Below are positions 26,193-40,500 of a DNA stretch of 64,000 nt, piece by piece. Location of the stretch: positions 8,928,001 through 8,992,000 of the forward strand of contig JBHGNT010000001.1 in NCBI GenBank assembly GCA_043228905.1. The letters are read 5' to 3'. The stretch's first letter is position 1; every line of letters begins with the position of its first letter. The notes beneath the pieces are model-generated. The model did no database searches. It was not told the DNA's origin and saw only the letters and a program-made list of their open reading frames with translations. The DNA is from Azolla caroliniana. Taxonomy: Eukaryota; Plantae; Polypodiophyta. The translations under genes and the position numbers were made by a program.

Positions 26193-29100
26193 ATGGAAGG
26201 AGAAGGAGCACCTGCGAAGGATCCCATCACTCGGGTCCTCTTCTGTGGTCTCTCGTTCCCAACCTCTTTCCAGTACACCAAAGAATGCCTCTCATCGCAT
26301 CCCAACACAGAGGTACACACAGATACACACGAGGATTCTCTCATTTATGCAGAGTGTTGTGTGAATGGGACATAGAAAGAGGAAGTGAGAACAAGAAGAA
26401 AGAGAAAGTGAGATGAATTATGGTTCTTGGTCGTGAGTAGTGGAGGGAGGCACTTCGTTTTCCTGAAATTTGCTTCGCTGAAAATAGTTATGGCATGATG
26501 TATATGATTCCTCATACCAAAAGCATGCACAATTGAGCATAACCATGCGAACGATACTCACACAATATCAATGGTCATGCGGATGATCACGAATATGTGT
26601 GATTGATCGCAACAATGTGAGCTGTTGGTTTTTCCATAAGGAAATATTCATTCCTTTTTATGCAAGGGGTAATTTTGAAATGTTCATAAAAAAGAAGAAG
26701 TGATAAAACAAAGGAGAATCAATGGCGTTACTTCCTTTTTTGCAATCAAGGAAACATTTGTCTTTCCATGCAATGGAGAGAGTTTGGAGCATCATAAACG
26801 TTATTGGTGATCCAAGAAAAAGGAAATGGATTATACTTTAGTTGTGGTGGTTATGAATATACGTTTTTGTTTCATTTCAATATCATACTTAAAATGACTA
26901 AGATGATCACATAATCTCCACCAATGTTTTTCCTGTAAGATGAAGAATTTTGACATCTATGTCATAAGAATGATTGTGATTTTGATGTTAAAATTGAGGC
27001 GTCTGTAAAAATGTACAGGTTGTTGCTATACCTCATGAAGAAATTCTCGATAAGATAAATAATTATGATCTTTGTGTTGTGCGCATGATGCGAATTGATT
27101 CCAATGTCATCGCTCGTGCGAAACGAGTTAAGCTCTTGGTGCAATTTGGCGTAGGACTCGAAGGTAAATAATCAAATCCACAATCTCATAGTCGTGACAA
27201 AAACATTCGCGTTAGTAACAATTGGAAGGTTGCTCAAGAAAACCCTTGTTGCATTGTTTTATGGACACAGGTGTAGATATTGAGTCAGCCACAAAAGCAG
27301 GGATAAAGGTCGCAAGAATACCTGGTGATAAAAGTGGAAATGCACTATCTTGTGCAGAGCATGCTATATATCTCATTCTTTCACTTCTTCGAAATCAGGT
27401 AGATACACAGTTTGTCTTGAAAACCTGGGTTGTGAATCCGTGTCTATTTTTTGCACTATTTTATGCTCCGTTCTTTAGTTTTGAGCATGTTTGATGATTT
27501 TCTCCTCTCTCATGTTCTCAAGCTGGACGATAACACATACATAATGGAATCTTATATAGATCTTAAGTTTATAACCAGAGAATTGAACTACCTCAAATAG
27601 AACCCCGTGAATAGTAGTACTATCCTAATATGGGATCTTAGAACTCTTAATGTGTTAATTTTGAAGACGTCATTAATTTCCTCTCTGAGGCGCATTTTTT
27701 GCATCTTCAAGATTGTCTTTCATTGGAAGTTTGTATATTTCCAATCTAAGGAGGAGCAACTGGACCCTTATGTACAAAAAAAGGTCCCCATGGTAGAAAC
27801 AAATGCTGGTTTATCTTGTCATTGGAGTGTGAAATAGTTTTGTCTCCAGAAATATATTGTTTACCATCATGCTTTGATACCTTCCTTTCCAGTCTATGAT
27901 GCAACCTTTTACATGATCAACCCTCACACAGTCTTGTTATTTTCCTTGTTACATATCCATTTATTGCCCTAATGAAATGGGGCATATACCTATTCATCTT
28001 TTCTATACCTGTCACACAGTTTCATTATCTCCATTGTTGTATACCCATTCCTTGCCCTAATGACATGGCATATACCTATTCATTTCTTATATATGGTGCA
28101 ACCTCCAGCATGGTCACCGCTCACCTAGTCTGCCTATTCATTTCTCATAGAAGGCTTCTTTTGTATTCAATAGAATTGAAGCCACTCTATCTCTTGTGAT
28201 TTGTGTATTATATACATATTCTCTTGGTATTATATACGTATTCTCTTGTATGATGAGCATTGAGTGAGAAACAAGGAGTCTTGACAAGTGAGATGTCAAT
28301 AAAGAAAACTTTAGGTTAGAAACTTTCAGCCTTTTATTCCAATCACTTTTTTCCATGATAGAAAGGAATGGAAAAGGCTGTGCAACAAATGGAAGCTGGT
28401 ACTCCTACTGGACAAAGCTTATTTGGAAAAACTGTAAGTTCCTTAACTTGATTTTTTTGAGAAATGAAGGTTTAGCAAACAATCTGTTGTAAGGGAAAAG
28501 TTTGAGAAAATGTGCTTGTAGGTGCTAATCATAGGGTTTGGTAATATTGGCAAAGAACTTGCTTTCCGCTTACGGCCTTTTGGAGTTCATGTGCTTGCTA
28601 CAAAACGCTCTTGGAAGGTTACCGATACTGATGGTATTGAAAAAAAAAGTGCATTTTGGTTTTAAAAAGGGAAAACACCAAAAGTTTCCTGAAACATGTT
28701 GGACAGGAATACCCCTAAAATTTCATTCATCATTTACCAAATTACCCTTTTGGAGTAGAAGGGGGATGCTGGTAAATTTTGAAAAATCCATCTGAAAAGT
28801 ATGAGAGGTTTGGGGGTGTTTTCCTTTATAATATTTGACATTTCTTCTCAATGTTGGATATATTTCTTGATGTTGCAGGTCTTGTAGATGAGAAGGGAAC
28901 TCATGAGCAACGCTTGGATTTTGCTAAGAAGGCAGATATAGTTGTGACATGTTGTTCTCTTTCATCAGAAACAGTAAGCACATTTGCATTTCTTGATAAC
29001 AGCAGATTACCTGATGCCGTTGTACTTGAAATATATGAATTTTCTTTCTGATGTGATGGTGGTTCTAAAATGTAAAAGTAGATTTGTTGGGAGTTTCTAC

Positions 29101-30897
29101 TTTACTAGCTATGTAATTTGTTCAGTGGGTCTAGATGCCTTAACTATTTTGAAATATATAAATTTTCTTTTTGGTATGATGTTGGTTCTAAAATGTAAAA
29201 GTAGAGTTGTTGGGAGTTTCTACTTTATGTAACTTGATTATCATTGTTACGAGCTATATAATTTGTTCAGTGGGTCTAGATGCCTTAACTATTTTGAAAT
29301 GTGTGAATTTTGTTTTTGGTATAATGTTGGTTATAAAATGTACAAGTAGAGTTGTTGGGAGTTTCTAATTTATGAATGTACAAGTAGAGTTGTTGGGAGT
29401 TTCTAATTTATGTAACTTGATTATCATTCTTACTAGCTGTATAATTTGTTCGGTGGGTCTAGATGACTTCACTAATTGTTAGGAAATTGCAATTCAGGAT
29501 TCAAGAATTTCTATGAGCTCAAGAAAATGTTTTCCACTTTGACTTCTGTTGTATTTTTAGGCAGGTATGATAAATGAAGAGTTCTTGGCTGCCTTAAAAA
29601 AGGTAAGACAACAAACATTGCTTCGAATACATACTTTTCTGTTGATATTGATACTGCTATGTCTCTGAGTTTGGATAAGCAAGTAATAAAATTTTAAGCA
29701 CCTGGGGTTTCCATATTTAGTGAATATATATAGAATAAAGTGATTTATAGAGAATCAAGAAACATTTCATGAATTAGGAATGATTTAAGATATATGAACA
29801 CCTACAAAACCAAATGTTAACATTTCTAAATGAAGCTAGTTTAGTGAAATATTGACTACGATAATTTATAAAGATCAGAAATATCTCATGTATTGAGAAT
29901 ATGATTGATGATGATCTATGCACTGTAATTTTGTAGTGTTTACATTTTCTGTAGGGTTCATATTTGGTGAACATTGCAAGAGGGGCTCTGCTAGACTACA
30001 ATGCTGTGAAGAGTGCGATTGAGAAGCATCATTTGGGAGGTTTGGGTATGGATGTAGCCTGGTATGAGCCATTTGATCCATCCGATCCACTCTTGCAACA
30101 CTCTAATGTAATCATGACACCTCATGTGGCTGGAGTAACCGAATTTGCATATCGGAACATGGCCAAGGTGCTTCTTTTACTATCAACTCCTTAATTTTAT
30201 TTGATATATAATTTTTTCTTGTAATCTTAAACTCCCAAAATGTGGCTTTATATTACATGAGTTGCCCTCATAATTATGTGATTTAACAGGAATTAATGTG
30301 TTTTGTTGATTTGAGAAGTAAAAACAACCATAAGGTTAGAGTAAATACATTAATAACTTTACAAACCCAACCCATCCCTCCTGAGTTGACGTCAAGAAGA
30401 GAAGCGGAAGGGTAGGTAGCTATGAGATTTATATTTCAGGAACTATATATGGAGAATGTTTATAGCTATGCACATAACTCGTGATATTGCCACTAGAAAT
30501 ACTGAAGGCCCCATTTCTCTTAAAAATGATTGATTTATGCATATCTGCACACTTCTAGCTGTTTAGACAAACTCAGATCAAGAAGAATGACTTCTATTTT
30601 GAGGTATTATGTTAAATATCTTGAGGCATAAAAGAACATGTCGATTGGCGCTAATCTCTAGCCTGGATTCTGAGCCCTAATTTGTATTGTTCTATATTAT
30701 ATACTTAAAAAACAGCCTTAAGAGAGGGAGTGAGAGCTTGAACTGCTTACCGAGTACTTGATGGAAAAAGAATATTGAAGGTTTGATTTAATTGGGTCAT
30801 TTTTTTTCCACATTTCCAGGTTATAACAAATGCTGCTCTCCAGATACAAGCAGGAAAGGATTTCTCATTAGTTGAAGGAATCGAGTGTGTGAATTGA
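26193..30897 (+). CDS. D-isomer-specific 2-hydroxyacid dehydrogenase (NAD-binding; glyoxylate/hydroxypyruvate reductase or phosphoglycerate dehydrogenase-like), about 334 aa
   Basis: Exons 26193-26312, 27019-27163, 27271-27398, 28362-28433, 28522-28633, 28879-28973, 29561-29602, 29955-30167, 30820-30897 (1005 nt). Motifs QFGVGLEGVD, Rossmann VLIIGFGNIG, LVNIARG (catalytic Arg), MDVAWYEP (Glu) and TPHVAG (His). Confidence 0.93.
28669..28824. mobile_element. Degenerate MULE-like MITE in dehydrogenase intron 5
   Basis: Ends GGGAAAACACC...GGTGTTTTCC; internal TTTACCAAATTACCC / GGGG..GGTAAATTT resembles the 15146 element. No clear TSD. Confidence 0.6.
29025..29470. repeat. Compound tandem repeats in dehydrogenase intron 6
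   Basis: Repeated AATGTA(A/C)AAGTAGAGTTGTTGGGAGTTTCTA and TAATTTGTTCAGTGGGTCTAGATG modules. Confidence 0.85.
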
Positions 30898-32074
30898 GTA
30901 AAAAAAGCAGCATTTATTTTTTAGCCACATAATGATTGTTAGAATGGTGAAATTCTTGAATGCTATATGAGGACTATTATTATAATGCGAGTGTAGGCCC
31001 TTTTTGAGAGCAAACTGCAACAATATGATTAAATGCTCTTTGAGCATTTTTTATGTCTGAAATGCAGTTCCTTTTGCGGATTTTCTTTTCTTTTATTGGT
31101 TTAAGTATGAAATCTAGAAGGAATAATATTAAGAGATTATCCATGTGGTCATTTGCATATGTATATAGTTCATGGTATCACAAAATTCCTTCTATCACAG
31201 TTGTCAGTGACCCTATAGATAGACCTTTTAAGGTATTCAAATACGCATTATGCAAGTATGCCTCTTAAGTTTGTGCATATTCAAACATAACACATTTTGA
31301 ATGCTAAGACTATCATATAGTAGCCAAAATGACTGTTTTTTTCACCCTTTTGGTTGCGTCTAGATCGGTCCCACGTTACTAATTCGACATTATCGAAAAT
31401 TCATGGGAAGTGAAATGCTAGCATGTCCTTAGCACCCCATTGACGTAGTGAGCCTATTTTAATATTGGGTTCACCACTTTGTTTGTTTAGTGACTTGTTG
31501 AATGTTGAGGGGCGATGAGGGTATGTTTTTCAATAATGCGGTAGTCTCGAGAAAATCCTTTGGATGATCAAAGATTGTGTCTTGCATTAATTGTTTTCTC
31601 AAAGTCTCATTAATAGGATGAGGGTAGGATAGTAGCATGTATCCAAAGATGAGCAATTATCATCATATGGGATCTCCATTGGGATTAAATGAGTCTCTAG
31701 AAAAAGTGGTCATATGTATGGGAGTTATGGTGTCAAAATTAGGGGGTCTTCTGGAAAAACTAGAGTTTTAACAAAGTTCATATAGATGATATTGTTGCTC
31801 ACATTCTGACAAAGGTGACCTCAAAAAAAAAGCTTGAGCTATGTGCCAAGCTAGTAGGAATCAATACAAATTGAGTCACTTGACAAAACCTTCTTTTGAT
31901 GTGGATTTCCATGAAATTTGTTTAGTATTTTTTACCACACATTTTATGTGTGTGAATGGGGTAGGATGCCCAAATAAATTTTTCTATACATACTATGGGA
32001 ACAAGGTCACGTAATATAGGTATTTACACATATATTTACTCACTTTTTGAATTGAAAATGAAAAGAGGGTGGGG

Positions 32075-32477
32075 TGAGTCGAATTAGAAAATGTGTGAAT
32101 TTGAACCTTTAGAGCATGATTTAGCCTCCTTTACTTCCTCCATCAATGCCTTCTTATGCAACAACTGAACACCAATGCCTTGGGCATCATTGCCTCTATC
32201 AAGTGTGCAACGAGTTTTTTGTGGTTTTTTTTGGGTTTAAGAATTATAGGAAGCTTTTCTTTTTCTTTGTAAAACTCTAATCTATCTAGAGTAAGAGATT
32301 GTTGTGTTTCGTATTTGCTCTCGACTTGGTCCCATGGTTTTTTATTCCTCCTAAAGGGGTTTCCATGTTAAATGTTGGGTGTATTGTGCATTCCTTTTGT
32401 TTTCTATCTGAAATAACTTTCAAGGTTATCTTTGCCTCCTAATCGAGTAACATAATGATCTTGATATTCCTAGCACA
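32075..32477 (+). mobile_element. Probable copia-type LTR remnant
   Basis: Purine tract GAAAAGAGGGTGGGG then TG; contains CCCATGGTTTTT...AGGGGTTTCCATGTTAAAT, similar to the U5 motif of plant copia LTRs; ends ...TAGCACA. Confidence 0.45.
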
Positions 32478-34429
32478 ATGTTTTTGTCGAACTTCATGTT
32501 GGTTAGTCTCGACTTTCAGCCCATTCGTTGCTTTTACCAATCTCAAGATTGTTAGCACTCATTCATTAAGTGTTGTTTTGCTTTGGATCATCCACATAGG
32601 CCTTTGGTTGTAGCTCAACAACTAGGCCCACTACATTGTCAACAACATACATTTGCCAAAACAAATAAACCTAGGGGTATGTTTGTTGAGCACACATGCT
32701 TGTAAGGCCTTTGCCTTTGTAGTTAGGATGATGATCTGAACTTTGGTTGTTGTAGTGACAATTGTTGGTAGTATTCGAGGGTTGGACTCGGTCTAGCCTC
32801 ATGTTCAAGGTCAAAGTATATCTCTACAATTTACGTTTAGAGATTAGGGTTCTAGATGTGCTATACTCACTTTGTAGTGAGGCATGGAGGTGGCAGATGG
32901 GTTGCCTAACATTGCAAGTTGTCACCATAATTGCCACTATTGTGTTGGAATCATTGTTACACTAGCGAAGTGGCCTACATTAAGGCATGTCCTTCATTGT
33001 GGGTAAACTCAGGTTCATGTGGCATGTTTGGAGGTTATTCTTGATGATGAATAGTCAAGGTCAAGTAGACAGTCAACCATGTTTTGACATGGTGAAATTG
33101 AGGATTCTCAAGGTGATTTGTTGTGATTCAAGGACAACCAATAGAAATGTCCCTTCGAGGTTATCCTTGAGGGTTGCCACAACAAATTTCAAAGAAGTTG
33201 TTCATTGGGGGGTTCATTTGGTAGTAGGTATGCTTAGTAAAGTTGAGAATGGGCGACATTAGTTTATTTTCATCTCTCACTTAATAAGTTATTCTAATAT
33301 AAAACTTTGAGAATACACTTGCTTTCCTTTCATGGATTAAATAGTAACTTTGAAAATGGTTTCAAACATTTTGTCAATATTGTTTTATAGTCAACATTCC
33401 ATTGGTTGTATGGTTAGTGGGGTCTTGATGGGTTTTAAACGTTATGTAGTCCAAAGGGAAGGCCAATATGATCACTAAGGAAGAAGATGAGAAATTACGG
33501 AATTGTTAAAAAGCTCTCTCTCAACCGTGTTAATTTTTTTTTACTATAATTCATATCCCAATTCAGTTTCATGTTTTGTGATAGAATTTGGATTGATCTA
33601 CATAGAAACAAGCTTCTCTAAATTATTTCATTCTGTCCAATATATGGACCTCGAACAACTTTTGTTGGTTGTAATATGTAGACTTTGGAAATAAAAAATA
33701 AAAAATGGAGTGGATGCTCTCAAAAGCTTAGAAATTTATATGTGGATCAACTTGGCTCATGTGAATGGAAATAGATAAGGTATCTAAAGTGGTTGTCAAG
33801 ATACCCAACTGCCAACCTATAGTTTTCATGTTGTCCTATGTGCCATATCAAAGTATTGAACCAATGACCCCATGGTTCTCTTTGATAAGCCTTTAATCAA
33901 GTGATAATGCATTAATTGTATAATGGTGGGCTTTATATGAATAAGTGCATGTCTAGGCTATTTGTGTGTATGTGTGGTTGAAGGAGTTGAGGTTTGTAAC
34001 TTTAAGTAAGAAGGAAGTAGACAAAAATTGCTAGCACAATGATGGTGACATATCATAAAGAGGCTGAAAATATAATATATGTAGAACGCTCAAATACAAA
34101 CAAGACATTATCATTAGCATATTCATAATGATATAATTTGATTTCAAGCATTCACAGATGGGAGATGGCCATATTGTGTCCATTGCAAGAGTTATTCAAC
34201 TTTTAAATTAAAATTGTTGATTTAGGACTCCGCAAGTATGTTGCATTCATTATAATTTATATAATAACTCTCCATAAATTTAGTTAAAGGTAATGAGCAT
34301 TGCGATTTTGGTCACGATTTTTTTACAACATTGACATTGACACAAACATTTTTTCCACGAGACAACATTGACATTGATACAAACATTTTTTCCACAAGAC
34401 AACATTGACATTGACATTGGCAGCGTATG

Positions 34430-35205
34430 GTGTGAATGGGAATGTTGTGTGGGGATCCATACAAGGACGGTCTCAAAAAGGGGAAAGCTGGAGGAATAGT
34501 TAAACCCACAAGGACGTGGATTTATAGTGCAAGATGTAGCGCATTCCAATGTGATGGGGTAAGACCTGGCACAAATTCTGAATTTTTTGAGGGGATTTGG
34601 CTTATGGTGACATGTTTATCGGTCTGGCACATCTAGATCATGCGTTGTAAGTTTGTTTTTTAGCGGCAAAAAGCTCTCATGTGGGAATGTGATGTTAAAT
34701 ATTTGGTTAGAGCTTGTGGCTTGGTTGCGCGAACGGTATGACTTGATTAAGGGGGAATCGGATGAAGCAGAAAGGGCAAGGCCAAAGTTCTTGCTGAAAT
34801 GGGGTGGTTCTCCCATGATGGTCAAATCTTCGTCGAGGCCTAAGTGGAATTACCAGGCGCCTAGCTGAATGTTTCCGTCGATGGCTCCCAATATTGTACA
34901 TGGGTTGTAAATTGTAATTATGTATGTATAGCTGAAGCACAAGTGGGTTAGTATAGTCATGTTACCCGGATAACTTTGTTATACAAGAGTTATTTAGGAG
35001 AAGTAGAGTCGAGGTAAAGTGGGGTTTATTTCAGTTTTGTTGGAGTTAAGGGTCGTGTGAGTTTTTGTTTGAAAGTTTTGGAGTTGTTCCTCTGAGTTGT
35101 ATATTTTGGTTCCATTGTGGATTCGGGTAAACTTTGTTGTATTCTATTTGCTAACTAATGTGAAGTAGTGTTTTTTGGAGAAAATAAAATAAAATAAAAT
35201 AAAAT
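34430..35205 (+). mobile_element. L1-type LINE 3' remnant
   Basis: WLMVTCLSVWHI*IMRCKFVF(+1 shift)SGKKLSCGNVMLNIWLELVAWLR resembles the W.IW..RN..VF motif at the L1 ORF2 C-terminus. An (AAAAT)n tail lies at 35181-35205. Confidence 0.6.
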
Positions 35206-36382
35206 ATTATGTACTAACACAATAGAATGAATGACACGAATATGCCTTTCATAAAGAAGGTTAGTGTAGAGAAGATGAAAACAAGTAAGTAAGTACCTAT
35301 ATAATGGATATTCTCATTTATGAAAATGACTTCTCAGATATTTGTTAGTGAGTGCGTAGAATAGTTTCTGTGATCATTTAAAAATGGTCATATCTTCATT
35401 CTATGGAGTTCAATATCAGATATTTGGTATTGATTTTGGTAAGGGGTGATTTGGAGGATGGTTGTTTTAGAGATTGGTGACTATTTGTTTTGGGGTCTCG
35501 AATGGATGAAATTCTATACTAAGAATAACAAAACCCCGTTTCTTTGCATCTCTCAAAGGTAGTGACATTGTTTTTTCAATATTTATAAAGACATCATTGT
35601 AACTATGTTGTTATTCCAAGTTATGTAAACAGAAATTTCCAAAGACTCCTTGAAACATATGGCTCACAACTTAGAAACATATGCATAAGATAGGAAGACA
35701 TTGATGTAGCACTTGTGGAGCATTCTATGGTCTCTCCCACTTGAATCTCATTACCACTCCAACCCTCCCAAGGTTTGTCATGAATATCAAGGAATCTACG
35801 AGAAAAATGACACTTGATACTCCTATGAGCAAGGAAGGTTCTCAAAGTAGTAGCACACCAAACACACTTTCATTGTTCATGATTCTCAAATACTCATTGC
35901 CAACCTCCGAGACAACGGCCAACCAAGCAAGTACTTTAAGCTTCTATGTCTTTAGACGTTGACATCTAATGCTATTCGTGGTAAGGAAGCCTACTGATCA
36001 CATGATGTTTCGCTTCCCCATGATTCCGAGCACGGTTTCACATTGAGAGTCTTGGGAATGAGGCATGCTAGGAACTTTCATTTCCTCTTCCCGTGAAAAA
36101 CAACTTCTCTTCTTGTGATAGTAACTTTCGAAAATTTGACATCACCAAATAATAATACCATGTGGGACATAGAAGTTTATCACACGAGATTTCACATGCT
36201 TGTGATTCTTGCTTTGGGGGTGCTGGAATAGGAATCGAGATGCAAAAAAAGAACGAGCGGGCTCGTTGTGAGCCCAAACTTCGATGGTTACATCTTAACG
36301 GCTCTTTTGGGGAAGGAAGGTTGTGAAAGAAATATGTATGCGAAGGAGGTTACAAGCTTTTGGTTCCACACGAATTGTGGCA

Positions 36383-36560
36383 AGGGGGGGGGGGGGGGGG
36401 ACACGGAGGGTGTCGCTGCGACATGATGACTCGCGAGTGCGAGGGAGCATTGGTGAGAGAGTATGTATGTAAGTGGTGAGTGAAAGAAAGGTGTATGTGG
36501 GAGAAGAGGCATCCATCCATCCATCCATCCATCCATCCATCCATCCATCCATCATGGTAG

Positions 36561-36591
<31 letters not shown>

Positions 36592-36663
36592 CTCTTCACC
36601 AGAAATACAAGCAAAAGAGCATGGGGGATTATCCCAAGGAGCTGCATCAGAAGCAGGCAGCAG

Positions 36664-36703
<40 letters not shown>

Positions 36704-36896
36704 ACGTGTTTCCCTCTCTCTGTGTGTCTCTCTCTCTGTGTGTGTCTCTCTGTCTCTCAAGCGTCTGTGTGTGTGTGTGTATTGTCCTGCGAATCAATCT
36801 TTTTCTTGATTGTTTTGTCTTTTCTTGTGTTTATTCATTCATTCATTCATTCATTCACTGAGTGCAGCAATATCCTCTTAGTAAGTAAGTAAAACA

Positions 36897-36931
<35 letters not shown>

Positions 36932-37160
36932 CACTAAATCTGGTGGGGGTGGGGGGGGGGTGTGATTTTGATGCCTTAGCGAAGAAGAAAAGGCGACGGA
37001 AGAAAGAAAGGAAATACCCAAAAAACGAAACAGTAAAGTGAGAAGCTTTTCTTCCTTCCTCTCTCTCTCTCTCTCTCTCTCTCTTTGTGTTTTTCAGTGT
37101 GCTTCCTCTTCTCTTCGCTCTCTGAACAGAGGCAATTCCCCTCCTCCTCCTCCTCCTCCT
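36383..37160. repeat. Microsatellite cluster upstream of the sulfotransferase gene: poly-G, (CATC)n, (GA)n, (ATTC)n, (CATA)n, (CT)n, (CCT)n
   Basis: Read directly; accounts for the many spurious ORFs here. Confidence 0.9.
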
Positions 37161-37472
37161 CATGGTTTTTCTTTCCTCTATTTGCCACTAGTTAACTCCT
37201 CCTCTTTCTATCTATCTATTTTTTGTTCCTTTCTCTGTCTGTCCTCCCATTCCACTTGTTGCCTTACTTCTCTCCTCTGTTTTCCTCTTCCGGATTGCGC
37301 TCTCTCTCTCTCTCTCTCTCTCTCCACACTTCAACCCAAGCTTTTATCCCGTGCCTACTTTAGGGCCCATGTCCATTTGTTCTTCCTGTCTTCTTGTCGC
37401 AAAAGCAGCAGCAGAAGAAGAAGAAGACGAAGAAGAAAGAAAGAAAGAAGAAAGAAGAAAGAAAGAAGCTCA

Positions 37473-37549
37473 ATGACTGTTAACCTGACTCGCCCTTTTT
37501 CTCCAGACAACAACGCGATTTCTGATCTCACATCTGCTACTAAGGTATG

Positions 37550-37586
<37 letters not shown>

Positions 37587-40500
37587 CCTTTTACATTGAA
37601 TCGTCCCTCGATTTGTTACAGATTTCAATCAATGAAATCTTTATTCTTCACATTTAAATCATCTCTTAACTTGTTATACACTCAATCTATTTTTCTTTGT
37701 AATACTTCCAATCTACTTTTATTTGTAATTTACAATCAAACTATTTCTCTTTGTGTAACTAGAAGCAATCTGCTTTTCTTTGTGTTTAGCAATTCTAAAT
37801 ACGGGTATAAAATACTATCAAGAAATGAATTATAAATCTACCAGGAATTAAAAAACAACACATGCGTTTAGTTCTTATTATCTCCCCGGGAAACAAGAAT
37901 GTGAGCTGATCACAAATAATTTAAGTTCTTATTTAGATTTTTAAAGCTATAATTTGTGTGTACAACTCGATGGATTATATTAAAAATCATGTATAAGTAA
38001 AAGGGGATAGTAAATTTGAATAGAAGAATATGATTTGCTATGTCTGAAATGTATGGACATGTTCTCTGAAAGGCAGACCAATATCTGAAGTTTATTTAGG
38101 TAATAAACAAGATTCATGGATTGAATCATTGTAGCTATATAAAGGAGGTAATGCAGAGGGTTTTTCTGGTGAAGCCTATGATTAAATCATGGGGTATATA
38201 ACGCTCATGCAAAAAACTGTCTTATTAGTGTGCCTGGATCCCAGAAATATTGAGAAGGTACGACGGAATATTATGTTTCTCAATGAAGAGGGAATACACC
38301 TAGAAAAATTCAAATGCATCCAATTGTATATGGTAAAATCACGGTAAAGATAGAATACAGTAAAAAAATGTAACTAATGTTGTATTCGGATCCAGATCCC
38401 TCGCTAGTCTGATACATAATGAATAGTGTAGAAACCTTATAATGAGAAGGTATGTCAAGTGTGTGCTTTTATAAATGGAGGTGTTTTAATGCTATGTATT
38501 GAACATAGAATATACTGGTTCCAGTTGTGTATAGAGAATACACTTTGCTTAGAATAGCCTATGTAAATGCATTCAAAAGCTATTGATTCTTAATTGCCTT
38601 GTAAAACCAAGTTTTGTTGTCAACTTTTGAAGAAAATAATGAGTTTTGAGTTTCAGCTAGAGTGAATCTAATAAGTAAAAATGAAAATGCTTGATGATAT
38701 ATTCTCACTTACCTCCATAACTTATGGCAATCATGTATCTACGTACATAATACCCCATACATATATTGTTACTTAACGCTCTGCTTCCTTGTTTCTAAAA
38801 TTGGTTATGCACATATTATGCTACAACTGGAAACATTTGGTGACTTCTGTCTATCTATCTATCTATCTAACGCTGTGCTTCCTTGTTTCTAAAACTGGTT
38901 GTGCACATATTATGCTACAAATGGAAACATTAGGTGACTTCTGTCTATCTATCTGTTTCTAAAATTGGTTATGCACATATTATGCTACAACTGGAAACAT
39001 TTGGTGACTTCTATATCTATCTATCTACCAACTGTTTCAATTTCATCATTCTAATATATTTTGTTTATGAATCTAGTGGCCTTTATTGGTGGTACATGTA
39101 ATGACAATAGGCTACTATTTTGTCATCCAAAATGCTTGACACAATCAATTAGCGAGAGGAGAATCCATTCCAATATTTTACATTGAGTTGCGCTTCTAAT
39201 AGCAATACTTAAATTACTTTTCAAGACTTTAATGTACATTCTAATGTTCTGTTTTGGATTGTAATTAGCATGTCCCAAATAAACTGAAATATCTAATTTC
39301 TATCTACAGCTAAATATATGTTCCTGTATTAAAAAAATAACGCAGGATATTATTGTTGGGAAGGCGTGGAGAAAGGAAGGTGTTGGGTGTAAGCTGCTGT
39401 TGCTGATTATAGTGGGATTATGTGGACTGTCCATATGCTTTATCCGGGCAGGACAAAAGAGTTTGTATGTGGAGAGTGCTTACTACACCCGTCGTGAAAC
39501 AATCAATCGAATCATTCGCTGCCCTGCATACCTTACAAGCTTAACCGAGGGTTTGCACCTCCACTACCCTAAGCCCAAAAGCTTTGAGAGGTGATTCTTC
39601 ACATTTAATATCTTTTTACCCTAATGCATGTAGGGTCCTTTTAAACTTCTATTGAATGATGATGAATTGTTCTTTTGTAACCTATATTGAATCTTGACGG
39701 GTTGTTATATTTTAAAGAGAATCATTTAAATATGACAGGAAAGAATGCATGTGCACACCAGTACATTATTTTGTCATATTGTCCATGCAAAGATCTGGAA
39801 GCGGTTGGTTTGAGACGCTTCTGAACAACCATCCAAATATCAGTTCTCATGGAGAGATCTTCACAGGAAGAGAGAAACACAAGAACTTGTCGACTATATT
39901 GACCAAACTTGACAATGTCTATAACCTCGATTACCGAAGTAGTGCGATCAAGGATGAATGCACAGCTGCAGTTGGTTTTAAGTGGATGCTTAATCAGGTT
40001 TTCCTCTCAAGGGTTTTCCATAGACAACCTTTTTTTTAAACATTTATTTACAGTAAGGAATTTGACTTGCTCAATTAATGCTTATAGATTGATTCACAAA
40101 ACTTACCTTCTTAAAACCGCTTCATCTAAATATATAAACATGATGAGCATTGCATGCAAAATTTCTATTCTGCAACCCTAGGGTTGTGGCTACCAAGTCT
40201 TCTAGAGTGTTCAGATATATAAATATCTCATTTGTTTAGATTGGGACTGATAACACACACTAACACAATTTTTGTGATCTTAAAAAAAGGGTTTAATGGA
40301 GTATCACAAGGAGATTCTTGAGTATTTCACCAAGAAAGGGGTCTCTGTCATTTTTCTCATCCGGCGAAACCTATTGAGAAGGCTTGTTTCTATCCTTGCA
40401 AATGCTTATGACCGTGAGGTGAAACTACTGAATGGAACTCACAAGTCTCATGTGCATTCCAAAGAGGAGGTATTTGAACATTTATAGCCTTGAGGCAAAA

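Noticed and set aside
35560-36280. Retrotransposon pol remnant
   Set aside because: No RT, integrase or RNase H motif could be read in any frame.
37038-37835. 265-aa ORF
   Set aside because: Mostly SSR-rich leader and intron; only 37473-37544 is proposed as coding.
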